From Arthrobacter sp. (lineage in GTDB: Bacteria; Actinomycetota; Actinomycetes; Actinomycetales; Micrococcaceae), in assembly GCA_035475035.1 (NCBI GenBank), contig DATIMT010000270.1, forward strand, positions 1 to 55,469: a stretch of DNA of 55,469 nucleotides. Direction: 5' to 3'. Both the position numbers and the translations under genes were made by a program. This document shows positions 9,247 to 20,261 of the stretch, one piece after another; within the stretch, counting starts at the first letter, position 1; each line of letters starts with the position of its first letter. The notes under the pieces are model-generated. The model was not told where the DNA came from, made no database searches, and saw only the letters and a list, made by a program, of their open reading frames with translations.

Positions 9247-9452
9247 GCCTCCACTTTAGGCCTGCCGGCTTTTGGCCGCCCATCCGCGCCGGCCTGGGTA
9301 CCGAATGGTCACAGTAGGGATTCCTTTGCGGAGATTAGGGCTTCAGCTGCTGAAGCGCGCCCCCGTTTGGGTTACCGTAACTAACAACGTGCTGATGGCA
9401 ACGTCGCGGTGCTGTTCAACAGCCCGTCCAAGAGAACAGGTAAGTCCGCACC

Positions 9453-10553
9453 ATGGACCAGGCGATGATCGAGTTCCAGAGCGTTACCAAGCAGTACCCC
9501 GGCGGCCAGCCCGCGGTGGACGGGTTATCCATGTCCATCGCCAAAGGCACCGTCACCGTCTTTGTGGGCCCGTCAGGCTGCGGCAAAACAACGTCCCTCA
9601 GGATGATCAACCGCATGGTGGAGCCCACGTCCGGGACCATCACCGTGGATGGCCGGGACGTTACCTCGGTACCGGCGGCGGAACTGCGCCGGTCCATGGG
9701 CTACGTGATGCAGTCGGCAGGGCTGCTGCCGCACCGCTCGGTCCTGGACAACATCGCCACCGTTCCGCGGCTGAACGGCGTCTCCAAAGCGGACGCCCGA
9801 AGGCGCGCGGAGGAGCTCCTGGATGTGGTGGGCCTGGCCCATTCCCTGGCCAGGCGTTATCCGTCACAGCTCTCCGGCGGCCAGCAGCAGCGCGTGGGGG
9901 TGGCACGCGCGCTCGCGGCGGATCCTCCGGTTCTCCTCATGGATGAGCCATTCAGCGCAGTGGACCCCGTTGTCCGGGACGAACTCCAGCAGGAGCTGCT
10001 GCGCCTGCAGAAGGACCTGGCCAAGACCATTGTGTTCGTGACCCACGACATTGACGAAGCCACCATCCTCGGCGACAAGGTGGCTGTCTTCGCCACCGGC
10101 GGCAAGCTGGCCCAGTACGCCACCCCGGAGGAAATCCTGCGGGCGCCGGCCAACAACTTCGTGGCCTCGTTCGTTGGGCGGGACCGGGGCTTCCGCCACC
10201 TGGGGTTCACCGCGTCCGACGGCGTGGCAATCCATCCGGTTCCCACGATCATCCGGGGTTCAAACGGTTATGAGTCGGATTCGAGCGCTGCCGGCGGCTG
10301 GCAGTTGGTGGTGGACGAGGGCAAGCGTCCGCTGGGCTGGTCCGCACCGGGCACTGAGACTGAACTCGTTCCCGGCGGTTCCCTGTTCCATCCGGGTGAG
10401 AGCCTGCGCCGCGCCCTGGACGCGGCCTTGTCCTCCCCGTCCGGCCTTGGTGTTGGGGTGGATTCCGATGGCAGGGTGCTGGGCGTGGTCCGTGGTGGTG
10501 AAGTCCTGGCACTGATCGAAGAAGCGCGCCAGGTGCGGCAGGCTGCCCTCTGA
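9453..10553 (+). CDS. Osmoprotectant (glycine betaine/choline/proline) ABC transporter ATPase
   Basis: [36 protein letters not shown]. Confidence 0.93.
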   Translation: MDQAMIEFQSVTKQYPGGQPAVDGLSMSIAKGTVTVFVGPSGCGKTTSLRMINRMVEPTSGTITVDGRDVTSVPAAELRRSMGYVMQSAGLLPHRSVLDNIATVPRLNGVSKADARRRAEELLDVVGLAHSLARRYPSQLSGGQQQRVGVARALAADPPVLLMDEPFSAVDPVVRDELQQELLRLQKDLAKTIVFVTHDIDEATILGDKVAVFATGGKLAQYATPEEILRAPANNFVASFVGRDRGFRHLGFTASDGVAIHPVPTIIRGSNGYESDSSAAGGWQLVVDEGKRPLGWSAPGTETELVPGGSLFHPGESLRRALDAALSSPSGLGVGVDSDGRVLGVVRGGEVLALIEEARQVRQAAL

Positions 10554-11275
10554 TGGAATGGTTCCTGGCCAACACCGGCATGATCCTGGAGCGCGGCGGC
10601 CAGCATCTGGTGCTGGCGCTCGTTCCCATGATCCTTGGCCTGCTGTTTTCCATCCCGCTGGCGCAACTGGCGCGGACGAACAATGCCCTCCGCTCCGTGG
10701 TGCTGACAGCCTCATCCCTCCTCTACACCATCCCTTCGCTGGCACTGTTCATCATCCTTCCCACCATCCTGGGGACCAGGATCCTCGATCCCCTCAACGT
10801 GGTGGTGGCACTGACCATCTACGCCGTGGCACTGCTGGTACGTGCTGCCCTGGACGCCTTCGATTCTGTTGATGCAGACGTCAGCCAGGCCGCGCAGGCC
10901 ATGGGGTTCAAGCCGCTGGCACGGTTCCTGCAGGTTGACCTGCCGCTCTCCTTGCCGGTCTTGTTCGCAGGGTTGCGGGTGGTGTCCGTCAGCAACATCT
11001 CGCTGGTCAGTGTGGCGGCCCTCCTGGGCGTCGGCAACCTGGGAATGCTCTTCACCGACGGTCTCCAGCGCGACTTCGTCACCGAGGTGGTGGTGGGGAT
11101 CGTCGCCATCCTGGTCCTCGCGCTGGTAATGGATGCCGTCCTGGTCCTGCTGGAACGCATCCTCACCCCATGGGGGCGGGCCGGTAACATGCGCGGCCCC
11201 GGGGCGGGGAGTCATCGCACAGAGGAGCGCGCTGCTGCAGGGCAGGCCGGATCAACGGGTGGAGGAGCAGCGTGA
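10553..11275 (+). CDS. Osmoprotectant ABC permease
   Basis: LYTIPSLALF, EAA-like AAQAMG; 1-nt overlap with ATPase stop. Confidence 0.92.
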   Translation: MEWFLANTGMILERGGQHLVLALVPMILGLLFSIPLAQLARTNNALRSVVLTASSLLYTIPSLALFIILPTILGTRILDPLNVVVALTIYAVALLVRAALDAFDSVDADVSQAAQAMGFKPLARFLQVDLPLSLPVLFAGLRVVSVSNISLVSVAALLGVGNLGMLFTDGLQRDFVTEVVVGIVAILVLALVMDAVLVLLERILTPWGRAGNMRGPGAGSHRTEERAAAGQAGSTGGGAA

Positions 11276-12018
11276 GCAACGTCTTTGCCGATACCTTCGC
11301 CTGGCTCGCGGAACCCCTTCACTGGTCCGGAAGCATGGGCATCCCCACCCGGCTGGGGGAGCACCTGCAGTACACCGGGCTGGTCATGCTGATCGCCACC
11401 GCCATCGCAGTTCCCGTCGGGCTGTTTGTCGGCCACACGGGACGGGGACGGGTGGCCGTCGTCGCGCTGGCCGGGGCCCTGCGGGCCCTGCCCACCCTTG
11501 GCCTGCTCATCCTTTTCGTCCTGCTGGCGGGCATCGGGCTGATGCCCCCGGTATGGGCCCTGGTGATCCTCACAGTGCCTCCGCTCCTGGCTGGTACGTA
11601 TGCCGGCATTTCCAGCGTCGACCGGAATGTGGTGGACGCTGCCCGGGCCATGGGAATGACCGAACTGCAGGTCCTGTTCCGTGCCGAGCTGCCCAATGCC
11701 CTGACGGTCATGTTCGGTGGCTTCCGCACCGGCGTGCTGCAGGTAATCGCCACCGTCTCAGTGGTTGCCTATATCAACCTCGGCGGCCTGGGCCGCTACC
11801 TCTTCGACGGACTGGTGCTCAGCGACTTCCCCCAGATGCTGGGAGGTTCCCTCCTCATCGCCGCGCTGGCGATCGCCGTCGACCTTGTCCTGTCCTTAAT
11901 CCAGAGGCTGTTCCTGACACCGGGCGCCTCGAAGCAGTCCCGCCGCAGCCAGGAGGCTGCGGTTGATCTCACAGACCCCGTGGTTGCGGAGGCTGTTGTT
12001 CAAGGAGGTAAGTCATGA
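11272..12018 (+). CDS. Osmoprotectant ABC permease
   Basis: RALPTLGLL, DAARAMGMT, GGLGRYL; GTGA overlap. Confidence 0.92.
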   Translation: MSNVFADTFAWLAEPLHWSGSMGIPTRLGEHLQYTGLVMLIATAIAVPVGLFVGHTGRGRVAVVALAGALRALPTLGLLILFVLLAGIGLMPPVWALVILTVPPLLAGTYAGISSVDRNVVDAARAMGMTELQVLFRAELPNALTVMFGGFRTGVLQVIATVSVVAYINLGGLGRYLFDGLVLSDFPQMLGGSLLIAALAIAVDLVLSLIQRLFLTPGASKQSRRSQEAAVDLTDPVVAEAVVQGGKS

Positions 12019-12977
12019 AAGATAGCCGTCCCCAGCGTTTCGGCAGGCGGGCGTTCGGTGGCCTTGCCGCCGGGCTCGGTGTGGCCGTGGCACTGTCCGC
12101 CTGCGGCGGTTCGTCCGATCCGCTGAAGAACGCACCCGCGTCCAGCGGCAGCGCATCCGGGGGAGCCACCTCGCTGGTGGTGGGCTCCGCCGACTTCCCA
12201 GAGAGCCAGATCATCGCCGAGCTGTACGCCGGAGCCTTGAACGCCAACGGAATCACCGCCACGACCAAACCGAACATCGGTTCCCGTGAGGTGTACTTCA
12301 AGGCCGTCCAGGACGGCTCGGTGGACGTGGTGCCTGATTACAGCGGCAACCTGCTGCTGTACGTCGACAAGGAAGCCAAGGAGGTCTCCGCCGGCGACAT
12401 TGCCAAGGCCCTGCCGGGCAAGCTGCCGGACGGGCTGGGCGTGCTGGACGTGTCCAAGGCAGAGGACAAGGACGCCATGGTGGTTACCAAGGCAACCGCG
12501 GAGAAGTACCAGTTGAAGTCCATCGAGGACCTGGCCAAGGTCTGCAGCGAGATCGTGGTGGGTGCCCCGGCCACGTTCGGCGAACGCGCCTACGGCCTGC
12601 CCGGGCTGAAGACGAACTACAACTGCGAGCCCAAGAAGCTTGAGCCCTTCAGCGACGGCGGTGGTCCGGTAACGCTCAAGGCGCTGCTGGAGAACCAGGT
12701 GCAGGTGGCGGACATCTACACCACCACGCCGTCCATCGCCGACAACGACCTGGTGGTGCTGGAGGATCCCAAGAACAACTTCATCGCCCAACAGGTCCTG
12801 CCGCTGTACAACAAGGCAAAGATGACGGACAAGGCCAAGCAGGCACTGAACTCGGTCTCCAGCACCCTCACCACGGATGACCTGATCAACCTCAACCGGG
12901 CGGTCAGCGGCAGCCAGAAGCAGGATGCCAAGGCCGCGGCCGCTGCGTGGCTCAAGGACAAGGGCATCGTCAAGTAG
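12015..12977 (+). CDS. Osmoprotectant ABC substrate-binding lipoprotein (OpuAC/OsmF-like)
   Basis: Lipobox LSAC, VVGSADFPESQIIAELY, VVLEDPK. Confidence 0.92.
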   Translation: MKDSRPQRFGRRAFGGLAAGLGVAVALSACGGSSDPLKNAPASSGSASGGATSLVVGSADFPESQIIAELYAGALNANGITATTKPNIGSREVYFKAVQDGSVDVVPDYSGNLLLYVDKEAKEVSAGDIAKALPGKLPDGLGVLDVSKAEDKDAMVVTKATAEKYQLKSIEDLAKVCSEIVVGAPATFGERAYGLPGLKTNYNCEPKKLEPFSDGGGPVTLKALLENQVQVADIYTTTPSIADNDLVVLEDPKNNFIAQQVLPLYNKAKMTDKAKQALNSVSSTLTTDDLINLNRAVSGSQKQDAKAAAAAWLKDKGIVK

Positions 12978-13020
12978 GAGCCTGTTCTCCGGCCCGGGGC
13001 AGGGGACCGGCTGGCGAGAA

Positions 13021-13064
13021 CGACGGCGGCTGCCGGACTTCCAAAGGTCCGCTAGCCGCCGTCG
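13021..13064 (+). terminator. Hairpin after ABC operon
   Basis: CGACGGCGGCT / AGCCGCCGTCG outer stem with inner CGGAC/GTCCG. Confidence 0.6.
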
Positions 13065-13119
13065 GCCATGTGGTGGACGTCTCAACGGCCATTCATCCTT
13101 CCTGTGGCATATTTGAGGA

Positions 13120-14340
13120 ATGGCAGAATTCAGGCAGTCCACGAAGCTCCACAACGTCCTCTATGACATCCGTGGACCGATCCTCCAGGCCGCCCAGCAG
13201 ATGGAGGCCGAAGGCCACAGGATCCTCAAACTGAACATCGGAAACCCGGCGCCGTTCGGTTTCGAGGCACCGGACGCCATTTTGGTGGACATGATCCGCC
13301 ACCTGCCACACGCCCAGGGCTACAGCGATTCCCGCGGCATCTTCTCCGCGCGCACCGCCGTTTCGCAGTACTACCAGACCCGTGGCATCCAAAACATCCA
13401 CGTTGACGACATCTACCTGGGCAACGGCGTCAGCGAGCTGATTACCATGTCCCTGATGGCCCTGTTGGATTCGGGGGATGAGGTCCTCATTCCCACCCCT
13501 GACTACCCGCTGTGGACGGCGTCCGTGGCGCTCGCAGGCGGCAAACCGGTGCACTACCTCTGTGATGAGGAATCCGGCTGGCAGCCTGACCTTGAGGACA
13601 TGGAAGCCAAGATCACCCCGCGCACCAAGGGCATCGTGGTCATCAACCCGAACAATCCCACGGGTGCTGTGTATCCCGAAGAGACGCTGAAACGGATCGT
13701 TGCCCTGGCCCATAAGCACGGCCTGGTGATTTTCGCCGACGAAATCTACGAGAAGATCCTGTACGAGGACGCCGTCCATGTGAACCTTGCCAAGCTCACC
13801 GACGACCATGTCCTGTGCCTGACCTTCAGCGGGCTGTCAAAGGCCTACCGGGTCTGCGGCTACCGCGCGGGATGGATGGCGATCTCAGGCCCCAAGAAGG
13901 ACGCCGCGGACTACCTGGAAGGCATCAACCTCCTGGCCAACATGCGTCTCTGCGCCAACGTGCCCGCGCAGCATGCCATCCAGACGGCGTTAGGCGGCTA
14001 CCAGAGCATCAACGACCTGATCCTTCCAGGCGGACGCCTCCTGGAACAGCGCAACAAGGCCTATGACATGCTGAACGCCATTCCCGGCGTGAGTACCCAG
14101 CAGGCCCGGGGGGCCCTCTACCTGTTCCCGAAGCTCGATCCCGAGGTCTACCACATCCGGGACGACGAAAAATTTGTCCTTGACCTCCTGAGGGAACAGA
14201 AAATCCTGGTATCCCATGGCCGCGCCTTCAACTGGGTGCGCCCGGACCACTTCCGCATGGTGACACTGCCCAATGTCAAGGACATCGAAGAAGCCATCGG
14301 CCGGATGGGGGACTTCCTAAGCAGGTACCAGGGGAACTAG
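13120..14340 (+). CDS. alaA: PLP-dependent class I aminotransferase, alanine-synthesising AlaA/AlaT type
   Basis: YDIRGP, KLNIGNPAPFGF, INPNNPTG, DEIY, GLSKAYRVCGYRAGW. Confidence 0.88.
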   Translation: MAEFRQSTKLHNVLYDIRGPILQAAQQMEAEGHRILKLNIGNPAPFGFEAPDAILVDMIRHLPHAQGYSDSRGIFSARTAVSQYYQTRGIQNIHVDDIYLGNGVSELITMSLMALLDSGDEVLIPTPDYPLWTASVALAGGKPVHYLCDEESGWQPDLEDMEAKITPRTKGIVVINPNNPTGAVYPEETLKRIVALAHKHGLVIFADEIYEKILYEDAVHVNLAKLTDDHVLCLTFSGLSKAYRVCGYRAGWMAISGPKKDAADYLEGINLLANMRLCANVPAQHAIQTALGGYQSINDLILPGGRLLEQRNKAYDMLNAIPGVSTQQARGALYLFPKLDPEVYHIRDDEKFVLDLLREQKILVSHGRAFNWVRPDHFRMVTLPNVKDIEEAIGRMGDFLSRYQGN

Positions 14341-14392
14341 CCTGTGCTCACGGGCCCACCGGGTCCGCTCACACCTTCCGGAAAGGACTCCC

Positions 14393-15247
14393 ATGGCCCG
14401 CGTCGTTGGCTTCGACCAGCATCCTGCTGAAACCCTTCGGGCAGGGAAAGGGTTTGCACTTTCCGCGGTGGATCCGGACTCCACGCCGGGATACAGCGGA
14501 AACAAGGCCGACGGGCGGCTGCTGCTGATGGAGATGGACGGCCAGCTCTCTGAATTGCAGGAAAGGCTCTTTGCCGAATCACGCTTCGGCGGGACCAAAC
14601 GGGTCCTGCTGATCCTGCAGGCCATGGACACCGCAGGCAAGGGCGGCATCGTCAGCCATGTCATGGCAGCGATGAACCCGCAGGGCGTCCAGTTCAAGGC
14701 CTTCAAGGCGCCCACGGATGAGGAAAAGTCCTACGACTTCCTGTGGCGGATTGAAAAGGAAGTCCCGGCCGCGGGGATGGTGGGTGTGTTCGACCGCTCC
14801 CATTATGAGGACGTCCTGATCCACCGGGTCCACGGCTGGGCCAGCCCGGACGAGATCAAGCGGCGCTACGTGGCGATCAACGAGTTCGAGGCCAGGCTGA
14901 CGGGCTCGGGGACGCAGGTCATCAAGGTGATGCTGCACATCAGCGGCGACGAACAAAAGGAACGGCTGCTGGCCCGGCTGGACAATCCTGCCAAGCACTG
15001 GAAATACAACCGGGGCGACCTGGACGAACGCGCCTTATGGGAGGACTACATGAGCGCGTACCAGGCAGCGATCGACGAAACGAGCACGGCGAACGCCCCT
15101 TGGCACGTTGTTCCCGCGAATAAGAAATGGTTTGCCCGGATTGCGGTCCAGCAACTGTTGCTCGGCGCCCTGTCCGGCATGAACCTGAAGTGGCCCAAGG
15201 CCGAGTTCGATGTCGCCAAGGAGCGGGACCTGGTAGCCCATTCCTGA
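14393..15247 (+). CDS. ppk2: Polyphosphate kinase 2 family (class III-like)
   Basis: LQAMDTAGKGG Walker A, FDRSHYEDV, KHWKY, PWHVVPANKKW. Confidence 0.92.
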   Translation: MARVVGFDQHPAETLRAGKGFALSAVDPDSTPGYSGNKADGRLLLMEMDGQLSELQERLFAESRFGGTKRVLLILQAMDTAGKGGIVSHVMAAMNPQGVQFKAFKAPTDEEKSYDFLWRIEKEVPAAGMVGVFDRSHYEDVLIHRVHGWASPDEIKRRYVAINEFEARLTGSGTQVIKVMLHISGDEQKERLLARLDNPAKHWKYNRGDLDERALWEDYMSAYQAAIDETSTANAPWHVVPANKKWFARIAVQQLLLGALSGMNLKWPKAEFDVAKERDLVAHS

Positions 15248-15295
15248 CACCTGTTCCTCAGGCCCGGCGCGGCCGGTGTTGGCTTTTTTGTTCGC

Positions 15296-15514
15296 TTATA
15301 GTGGCTGGTCCCGGGCGGCAGCCAGCCGCTTCCGGGCGCCCTCCAGCCACTCCTCGCAGCGTGCGGCGAGCGCTTCGCCCCGCTCCCACAGGGCCAGGGA
15401 CTCCTCAAGGCTTGCCCCTCCCGCCTCCAGCCTGCCCACCACTGCAATGAGCTGCTCCCGCGCCTCCTCATAGCTCAGGGCTGCGACGTCGGACTCTGGT
15501 TTCTGTTCGGTCAT
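15296..15514 (-). CDS. xseB: Exodeoxyribonuclease VII small subunit
   Basis: [25 protein letters not shown]; coupled to xseA. Confidence 0.95.
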   Translation of the reverse strand: MTEQKPESDVAALSYEEAREQLIAVVGRLEAGGASLEESLALWERGEALAARCEEWLEGARKRLAAARDQPL

Positions 15515-16842
15515 GCCTTCTCTTCCAATTCGTGGTGGTGCTTTGCGTTGTCTTTCGGGGCCCCGGTGGACGTGGCGCCGAAACGTCCCTCCGCCACGCG
15601 GATGGACAAGGCCACGCCCGCGGGCGCTTCGGCAGGACGGCGGACAACAGCGTGGCCGGCTTCGGCGATCCGGGCGGCCTGGTCTCCGGCCAGTTCGACG
15701 ACGGCGTACCCCCGGTCCAGCGTCTTCTGCGGGGAGAGGGCACGCACCTGTGCCTTCAGGTGCTCAAGCTGGTCGGCCGCCCGGACGACTGTGGAGCCCA
15801 CTGCCGCGGAGGAGCGCCGCAGCAGCCGCTCGATTTCCTCGGCCCTGACGGAGACCATGCCCTCGGGTGCTGCCATGACGGGCCGCGAATGAAGTGCCGC
15901 CAGCCGGTCCGACTCCCGGTCCACCAGCCGCTCCATGCACCGCCGCAGCTGTTCCCGCGCCTGTCGTACGCCGGCCAGTTCTTCGGAGACTTCGGGAACG
16001 ATCCGCTTGGCGGCGTCGGTGGGGGTAGAGGCCCGAAGGTCTGCGACATAGTCCAGCAGTGGGCGGTCCGCCTCATGCCCAATGGCACTCACCACCGGGG
16101 TGGAGGCAGCAGCCACGGCCCGGATCAGGTCCTCGCTGTTGAAGGGCAAGAGATCCTCCAGCGCCCCGCCGCCACGGGCGATGACGATGACGTCCACTTC
16201 GGGCCGGGCGTCCAGTTCACCCAGTGCGCGGACTATTTGGGCCACTGCCGTGTTCCCCTGGACGGCGACCTCGCGGATTTCAAATTCCACAGCAGGCCAC
16301 CGCAGGGCTGCGTTGCGCAGGATGTCCTTCTTCGCGTCCGAGTCGCGCCCTGTGATCAGGCCGATGCGGTGCGGCAGCAGGGGCAGGGGTTTCTTCCTGG
16401 AATCGGCAAACAGGCCCTCAGCCGCCAGGGCTTGGCGCAGCCGCTCGATCCTGGCCAGCAGGTCACCCAATCCCACCGGCCGGATGTCCCGGACCAGCAT
16501 GTTGAGCCTGCCCGTCTTCAGCCAGAATTCCGGTTTCAGCAGGGCCACGACCCGGGAACCGCGCTCCAGCGGAAGGTTTTGCCGCTCCAGTACTTTGGTC
16601 CAGACAGACGCCGGAAGGGATACCTCCGCATCCACGTCCCGAAGGGTCAGATAGGCGTTGGTGCCACGGCGGTTCAGTTCGATGACCTGGCCTTCCACCC
16701 ACGCCGACGGGGTGCGGTCGATATGGGCCTTCAACTTCTGCGACAGCAACTGCAGAGGCCAGGGATTGTCCGGGCTTGTCTCCGCAGCGGTGGCGGGCAG
16801 AGTGGTGGGTGCAGTACCCGGAAGAGAAGCCTGGTCAGACAT
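15511..16842 (-). CDS. xseA: Exodeoxyribonuclease VII large subunit
   Basis: WVEGQ OB fold, [37 protein letters not shown]. Confidence 0.97.
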   Translation of the reverse strand: MSDQASLPGTAPTTLPATAAETSPDNPWPLQLLSQKLKAHIDRTPSAWVEGQVIELNRRGTNAYLTLRDVDAEVSLPASVWTKVLERQNLPLERGSRVVALLKPEFWLKTGRLNMLVRDIRPVGLGDLLARIERLRQALAAEGLFADSRKKPLPLLPHRIGLITGRDSDAKKDILRNAALRWPAVEFEIREVAVQGNTAVAQIVRALGELDARPEVDVIVIARGGGALEDLLPFNSEDLIRAVAAASTPVVSAIGHEADRPLLDYVADLRASTPTDAAKRIVPEVSEELAGVRQAREQLRRCMERLVDRESDRLAALHSRPVMAAPEGMVSVRAEEIERLLRRSSAAVGSTVVRAADQLEHLKAQVRALSPQKTLDRGYAVVELAGDQAARIAEAGHAVVRRPAEAPAGVALSIRVAEGRFGATSTGAPKDNAKHHHELEEKA

Positions 16843-17003
16843 GCGGACGCCGTTGCGGGGCTTGTGCTGCTGGCATGGGGTCCTTCAACTGTTGTGGGCG
16901 GTCAATCAACCTTATCCATAAGGTGTAGCACCAGGCACTGACAGGGACGGCCCCTCGACACTGCCTAGGATGGGGTAAGGCCCCCAACCCCGAAGGACCT
17001 GCT

Positions 17004-17855
17004 GTGCGTACTTTTGTCTCCGCGATCGCCACCGTGCTGGGCATCCTCCTGGCCGCCGTTGCCGTTCCCGCCATATGGGTGGACCGGAACATCGTCCAGG
17101 AGGACGGGTTTGTCCATCTTGCCGGTCCGCTTGGCAAGGACTCAGACTTTCAACGGAAGCTGGCCGCCGCGGCGGTGGGATCAATCGATACCGGATCCGT
17201 TCCGGGCTTTCTGTCAGAGCTGGTCCAACCGGTGCTGGAGAAGGCGGCGGAGTCGCTGAGCGGGCTTCCCGGCTACCCGGCGGCGTGGGAGGAGACACTC
17301 CGCAGAAGCCACCGCCTTAGCTTCGCTGATCCTGGGGCCGGGGCACAGGAAGGCGCTTCGGCATCATCGTTGACACTTGACGTTGCCCCGTTGGTTGCCC
17401 TCGGCTCGGAGGAGATTTCCCGGGCCACCCGGCTTCCCCTCGACCCGCCCAAACAAACGCTGATCAACGTCGGCCAGCCGGCGCAGAGGGAGTGGACTGA
17501 ACGGCTGGCCACGTACGCACCCATGGGCTACATCCTTGCCATAGGCTCGGGCGTGGCGTTCCTCCTGGCTCTCGTGGCGGCTCGTCGACGCTGGACCGTG
17601 GTGTTCGCTGCAGGGCTTGGGGGTTTGGCCCTCGCCGGGCTATGGGGACTGGGCTTACAGCTGGGTTCCGCCCGGGCCCAGGCCACCGACACCGGCAACG
17701 CGGTGGCCAACATGTTCCGTGACGAGTTCCTGGCGGCGGCTGGCACCGATTTCCAAAGGTGGATCACCACCGCCGCGGTTACCGGCGGAGTCCTGGCCGC
17801 AGCAGGCGTTGTGATGTTGTTCGCATCCCGGAAACGGACGCGGACCAGCCGGTAA
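17004..17855 (+). CDS. Hypothetical membrane protein
   Basis: One N-terminal TM, soluble loop, three C-terminal TM helices; GAAGGA SD. Confidence 0.8.
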   Translation: MRTFVSAIATVLGILLAAVAVPAIWVDRNIVQEDGFVHLAGPLGKDSDFQRKLAAAAVGSIDTGSVPGFLSELVQPVLEKAAESLSGLPGYPAAWEETLRRSHRLSFADPGAGAQEGASASSLTLDVAPLVALGSEEISRATRLPLDPPKQTLINVGQPAQREWTERLATYAPMGYILAIGSGVAFLLALVAARRRWTVVFAAGLGGLALAGLWGLGLQLGSARAQATDTGNAVANMFRDEFLAAAGTDFQRWITTAAVTGGVLAAAGVVMLFASRKRTRTSR

Positions 17856-17864
17856 CATGGAGGG

Positions 17865-18944
17865 ATGACCACCTCGGCTGTATCCCTATCGATGCCAACC
17901 ATTCCGCGCAGGCGCCGCTCGCCCGAGGAAGTGGCGGCCGCAGCCCCTGTGAACGGCCCCAGGAAAGTGCTGCTGGCTGCTCCGCGCGGGTACTGCGCAG
18001 GCGTTGACCGGGCCGTGATCGCCGTCGAAAAGGCGCTGGAACACTACGGGCCGCCCGTGTATGTCCGCAAGCAGATTGTCCACAACGTGCACGTGGTCAG
18101 CTCGTTGGAGGAAAAGGGCGCCATCTTCGTGGACGAGACAGACGAAGTCCCGGAAGGCGCCCTGGTGGTTTTCTCTGCCCACGGCGTTTCCCCGGCCGTG
18201 GTCGAATCCGCGGAAATCCGCGGCCTGCGCACTATCGATGCCACGTGCCCCCTCGTCACCAAGGTTCACAAGGAAGCCGTCCGCTTTGCCAAGGACGATT
18301 TCGACATCCTCCTGATCGGCCACGACGGGCACGAGGAAGTGGAAGGCACCTCCGGTGAAGCACCGGAACACATTCAAATCATCAACGGACCCCACGAAGT
18401 GGACAAGGTAACCGTCCGCGACCCCGAAAAAGTGATCTGGCTTTCCCAGACCACACTGAGCGTGGACGAGACCATGGAGACGGTCCGGCTGCTCAAGGAG
18501 CGGTTCCCCACCTTGCAGGATCCGCCCAGTGACGACATCTGCTACGCCACCACCAACCGCCAGGTGGCTATCAAAAAGATTGCGCCCAAGGCTGACCTGG
18601 TGATCGTGGTTGGCTCGGCCAACTCATCGAACTCCGTCCGGCTGGTGGAGGTGGCACTCGAGTACGGTGCGAAGGCCTCCTACCGGGTGGACTTCGCCAA
18701 CGAGGTTGACGAAGCCTGGTTCGAGGGCGTCGCCACCGTTGGTGTCACGTCCGGGGCTTCCGTTCCGGAAGTACTGGTCCAGGACGTGCTGAGGCTCCTG
18801 GCGGACTATGGTTACGGGACGGTTGAGGAAGTGGTCACAGCAGAGGAAGACCTGCTGTTCTCGCTGCCCAAGGAGCTCCGCGCAACCCTCAAACAGGCCG
18901 GCGACGTCAGCCGTGCCCTGGGCGGTCGCAGGCCCCGCAGCTGA
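17865..18944 (+). CDS. ispH: 4-hydroxy-3-methylbut-2-enyl diphosphate reductase
   Basis: [43 protein letters not shown]. Confidence 0.98.
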   Translation: MTTSAVSLSMPTIPRRRRSPEEVAAAAPVNGPRKVLLAAPRGYCAGVDRAVIAVEKALEHYGPPVYVRKQIVHNVHVVSSLEEKGAIFVDETDEVPEGALVVFSAHGVSPAVVESAEIRGLRTIDATCPLVTKVHKEAVRFAKDDFDILLIGHDGHEEVEGTSGEAPEHIQIINGPHEVDKVTVRDPEKVIWLSQTTLSVDETMETVRLLKERFPTLQDPPSDDICYATTNRQVAIKKIAPKADLVIVVGSANSSNSVRLVEVALEYGAKASYRVDFANEVDEAWFEGVATVGVTSGASVPEVLVQDVLRLLADYGYGTVEEVVTAEEDLLFSLPKELRATLKQAGDVSRALGGRRPRS

Positions 18945-18980
18945 CAACAACCAGCAAAGGCATCAAACAGAAGTAAAGGA

Positions 18981-19013
18981 GTGGGCCGGGCAGTTACCAA
19001 TTGCCCGGCCCAC
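18981..19013. terminator. Bidirectional terminator ispH/rmuC
   Basis: GTGGGCCGGGCA / TGCCCGGCCCAC. Confidence 0.75.
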
Positions 19014-19031
19014 CTGCATGTACGGACTCTT

Positions 19032-20261
19032 TCAGGCGGCTTCGTCGTCGCCCTGGAGTTCCGGTGCCACCAGCGCGCGCGGGGTCACCTCCACAACGGG
19101 GGGTGTCACCAGGCCGGAGTCCTCGAGGGTGTTGAGCTTCCGCGCCGTCGGCAGGACCCTGGCTTCCAGCGTGCCCACCATGGCGTTGTAACGGTCAACC
19201 GAGGACTTCAGGGAAGAGCCCAGTTTGCTGACGTTTTCGCCCAAGGTGCCCATCCGGTCGTACAGCTGCCGCGCAAGTTCGAACAACTCGCGGGCACTGT
19301 CCGTCAGGACGTCCTGGCGCCAAGTGAATGCCACCGCCTTCAGCACAGCCAGCAGGGTGCTCGGTGACGCGAGGACCACGTTGCGGGACAATGCGTGGTC
19401 CAAAAGCCCCGCGTCGGCCGTCAGTGCTGCCGCCAGGATGGATTCGGCCGGAATGAAGCAGACGACAAGTTCCGGCGAGTTTCCCGGGATGTCCCAGTAC
19501 TTCTTGGTTCCCAGCGCGTCGACGTGTGCCCTGAGGGCCTTGGCATGCGCCGCCAGCAGGGCCTGCCGGTTCCGGGCGTCGTTCACCGACTGAAATCCGG
19601 ACGGCTGGCCCGTGCGTAGGTCAACCGCCCCCAGTTCCTGTGCCTCCAGATAGGACGACAAGGGGACCTTGGCATCCACCACCAGTTGCTTGTCACCGGG
19701 CAACTGCACCACCAGGTCCGGACGGACTGCTGAGTCATGGCCCGCGCTGTGCACCTGCTCCACGAAATCGACGTGCCGGAGCATGCCGGCGGCCTCCACT
19801 ACGCGCCGAAGCTGCACCTCGCCCCACTGGCCCCGTGCACTGTTGGAACGCAGAGCTGATTCCAAGGCGTGTGTGGACCGGATGAGCTGTTCATCGGAAA
19901 GCCTGGCCTCCTGCAGCTGCTGTGCCAGCTGGCCGTACTGTTCCACCCGGTCCCGCTCCAGCAGTGCCACCTGCTGCTGGACCGCGGAAAGCTTTTCCGC
20001 CACGGGCGCCAGGGCACGCAGGACGCTGCCGTCCTGCGTCCTTGCCTCGCCCAGCTCCCGGTTCTGTACCGCCAAAAGCCGCCGCTCGGCGTCGGCCGCT
20101 GCCAGCTGTGCCGTGACCTCTGACAGGCGGGACGAGACCTGGTCAAAGTCGGCCTCCAATGCATGCGAGTTCCGGCGCAGCGAAAAATAGGTGGCGGCGG
20201 CGCCGGCCAGCGCACCAAGCAGCAGCATGAGAAGGGCGAGAATCAAGGCAAAAGCATCCAT
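19032..20261 (-). CDS. rmuC: DNA recombination protein RmuC
   Basis: N-terminal TM, coiled coil, RGQWGEVQL, RPD...DAKVP nuclease motif, SPSTL. Confidence 0.95.
   Translation of the reverse strand: MDAFALILALLMLLLGALAGAAATYFSLRRNSHALEADFDQVSSRLSEVTAQLAAADAERRLLAVQNRELGEARTQDGSVLRALAPVAEKLSAVQQQVALLERDRVEQYGQLAQQLQEARLSDEQLIRSTHALESALRSNSARGQWGEVQLRRVVEAAGMLRHVDFVEQVHSAGHDSAVRPDLVVQLPGDKQLVVDAKVPLSSYLEAQELGAVDLRTGQPSGFQSVNDARNRQALLAAHAKALRAHVDALGTKKYWDIPGNSPELVVCFIPAESILAAALTADAGLLDHALSRNVVLASPSTLLAVLKAVAFTWRQDVLTDSARELFELARQLYDRMGTLGENVSKLGSSLKSSVDRYNAMVGTLEARVLPTARKLNTLEDSGLVTPPVVEVTPRALVAPELQGDDEAA

Noticed and set aside
176-9300. Genomic island integrated at tRNA-Ala
   Set aside because: No integrase, no duplicated tRNA 3' end seen downstream, and no obvious compositional shift
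9371-9381. GTTAC-C-GTAAC palindrome upstream of the osmoprotectant ABC operon
   Set aside because: Too short to separate from chance; no matching regulator identified
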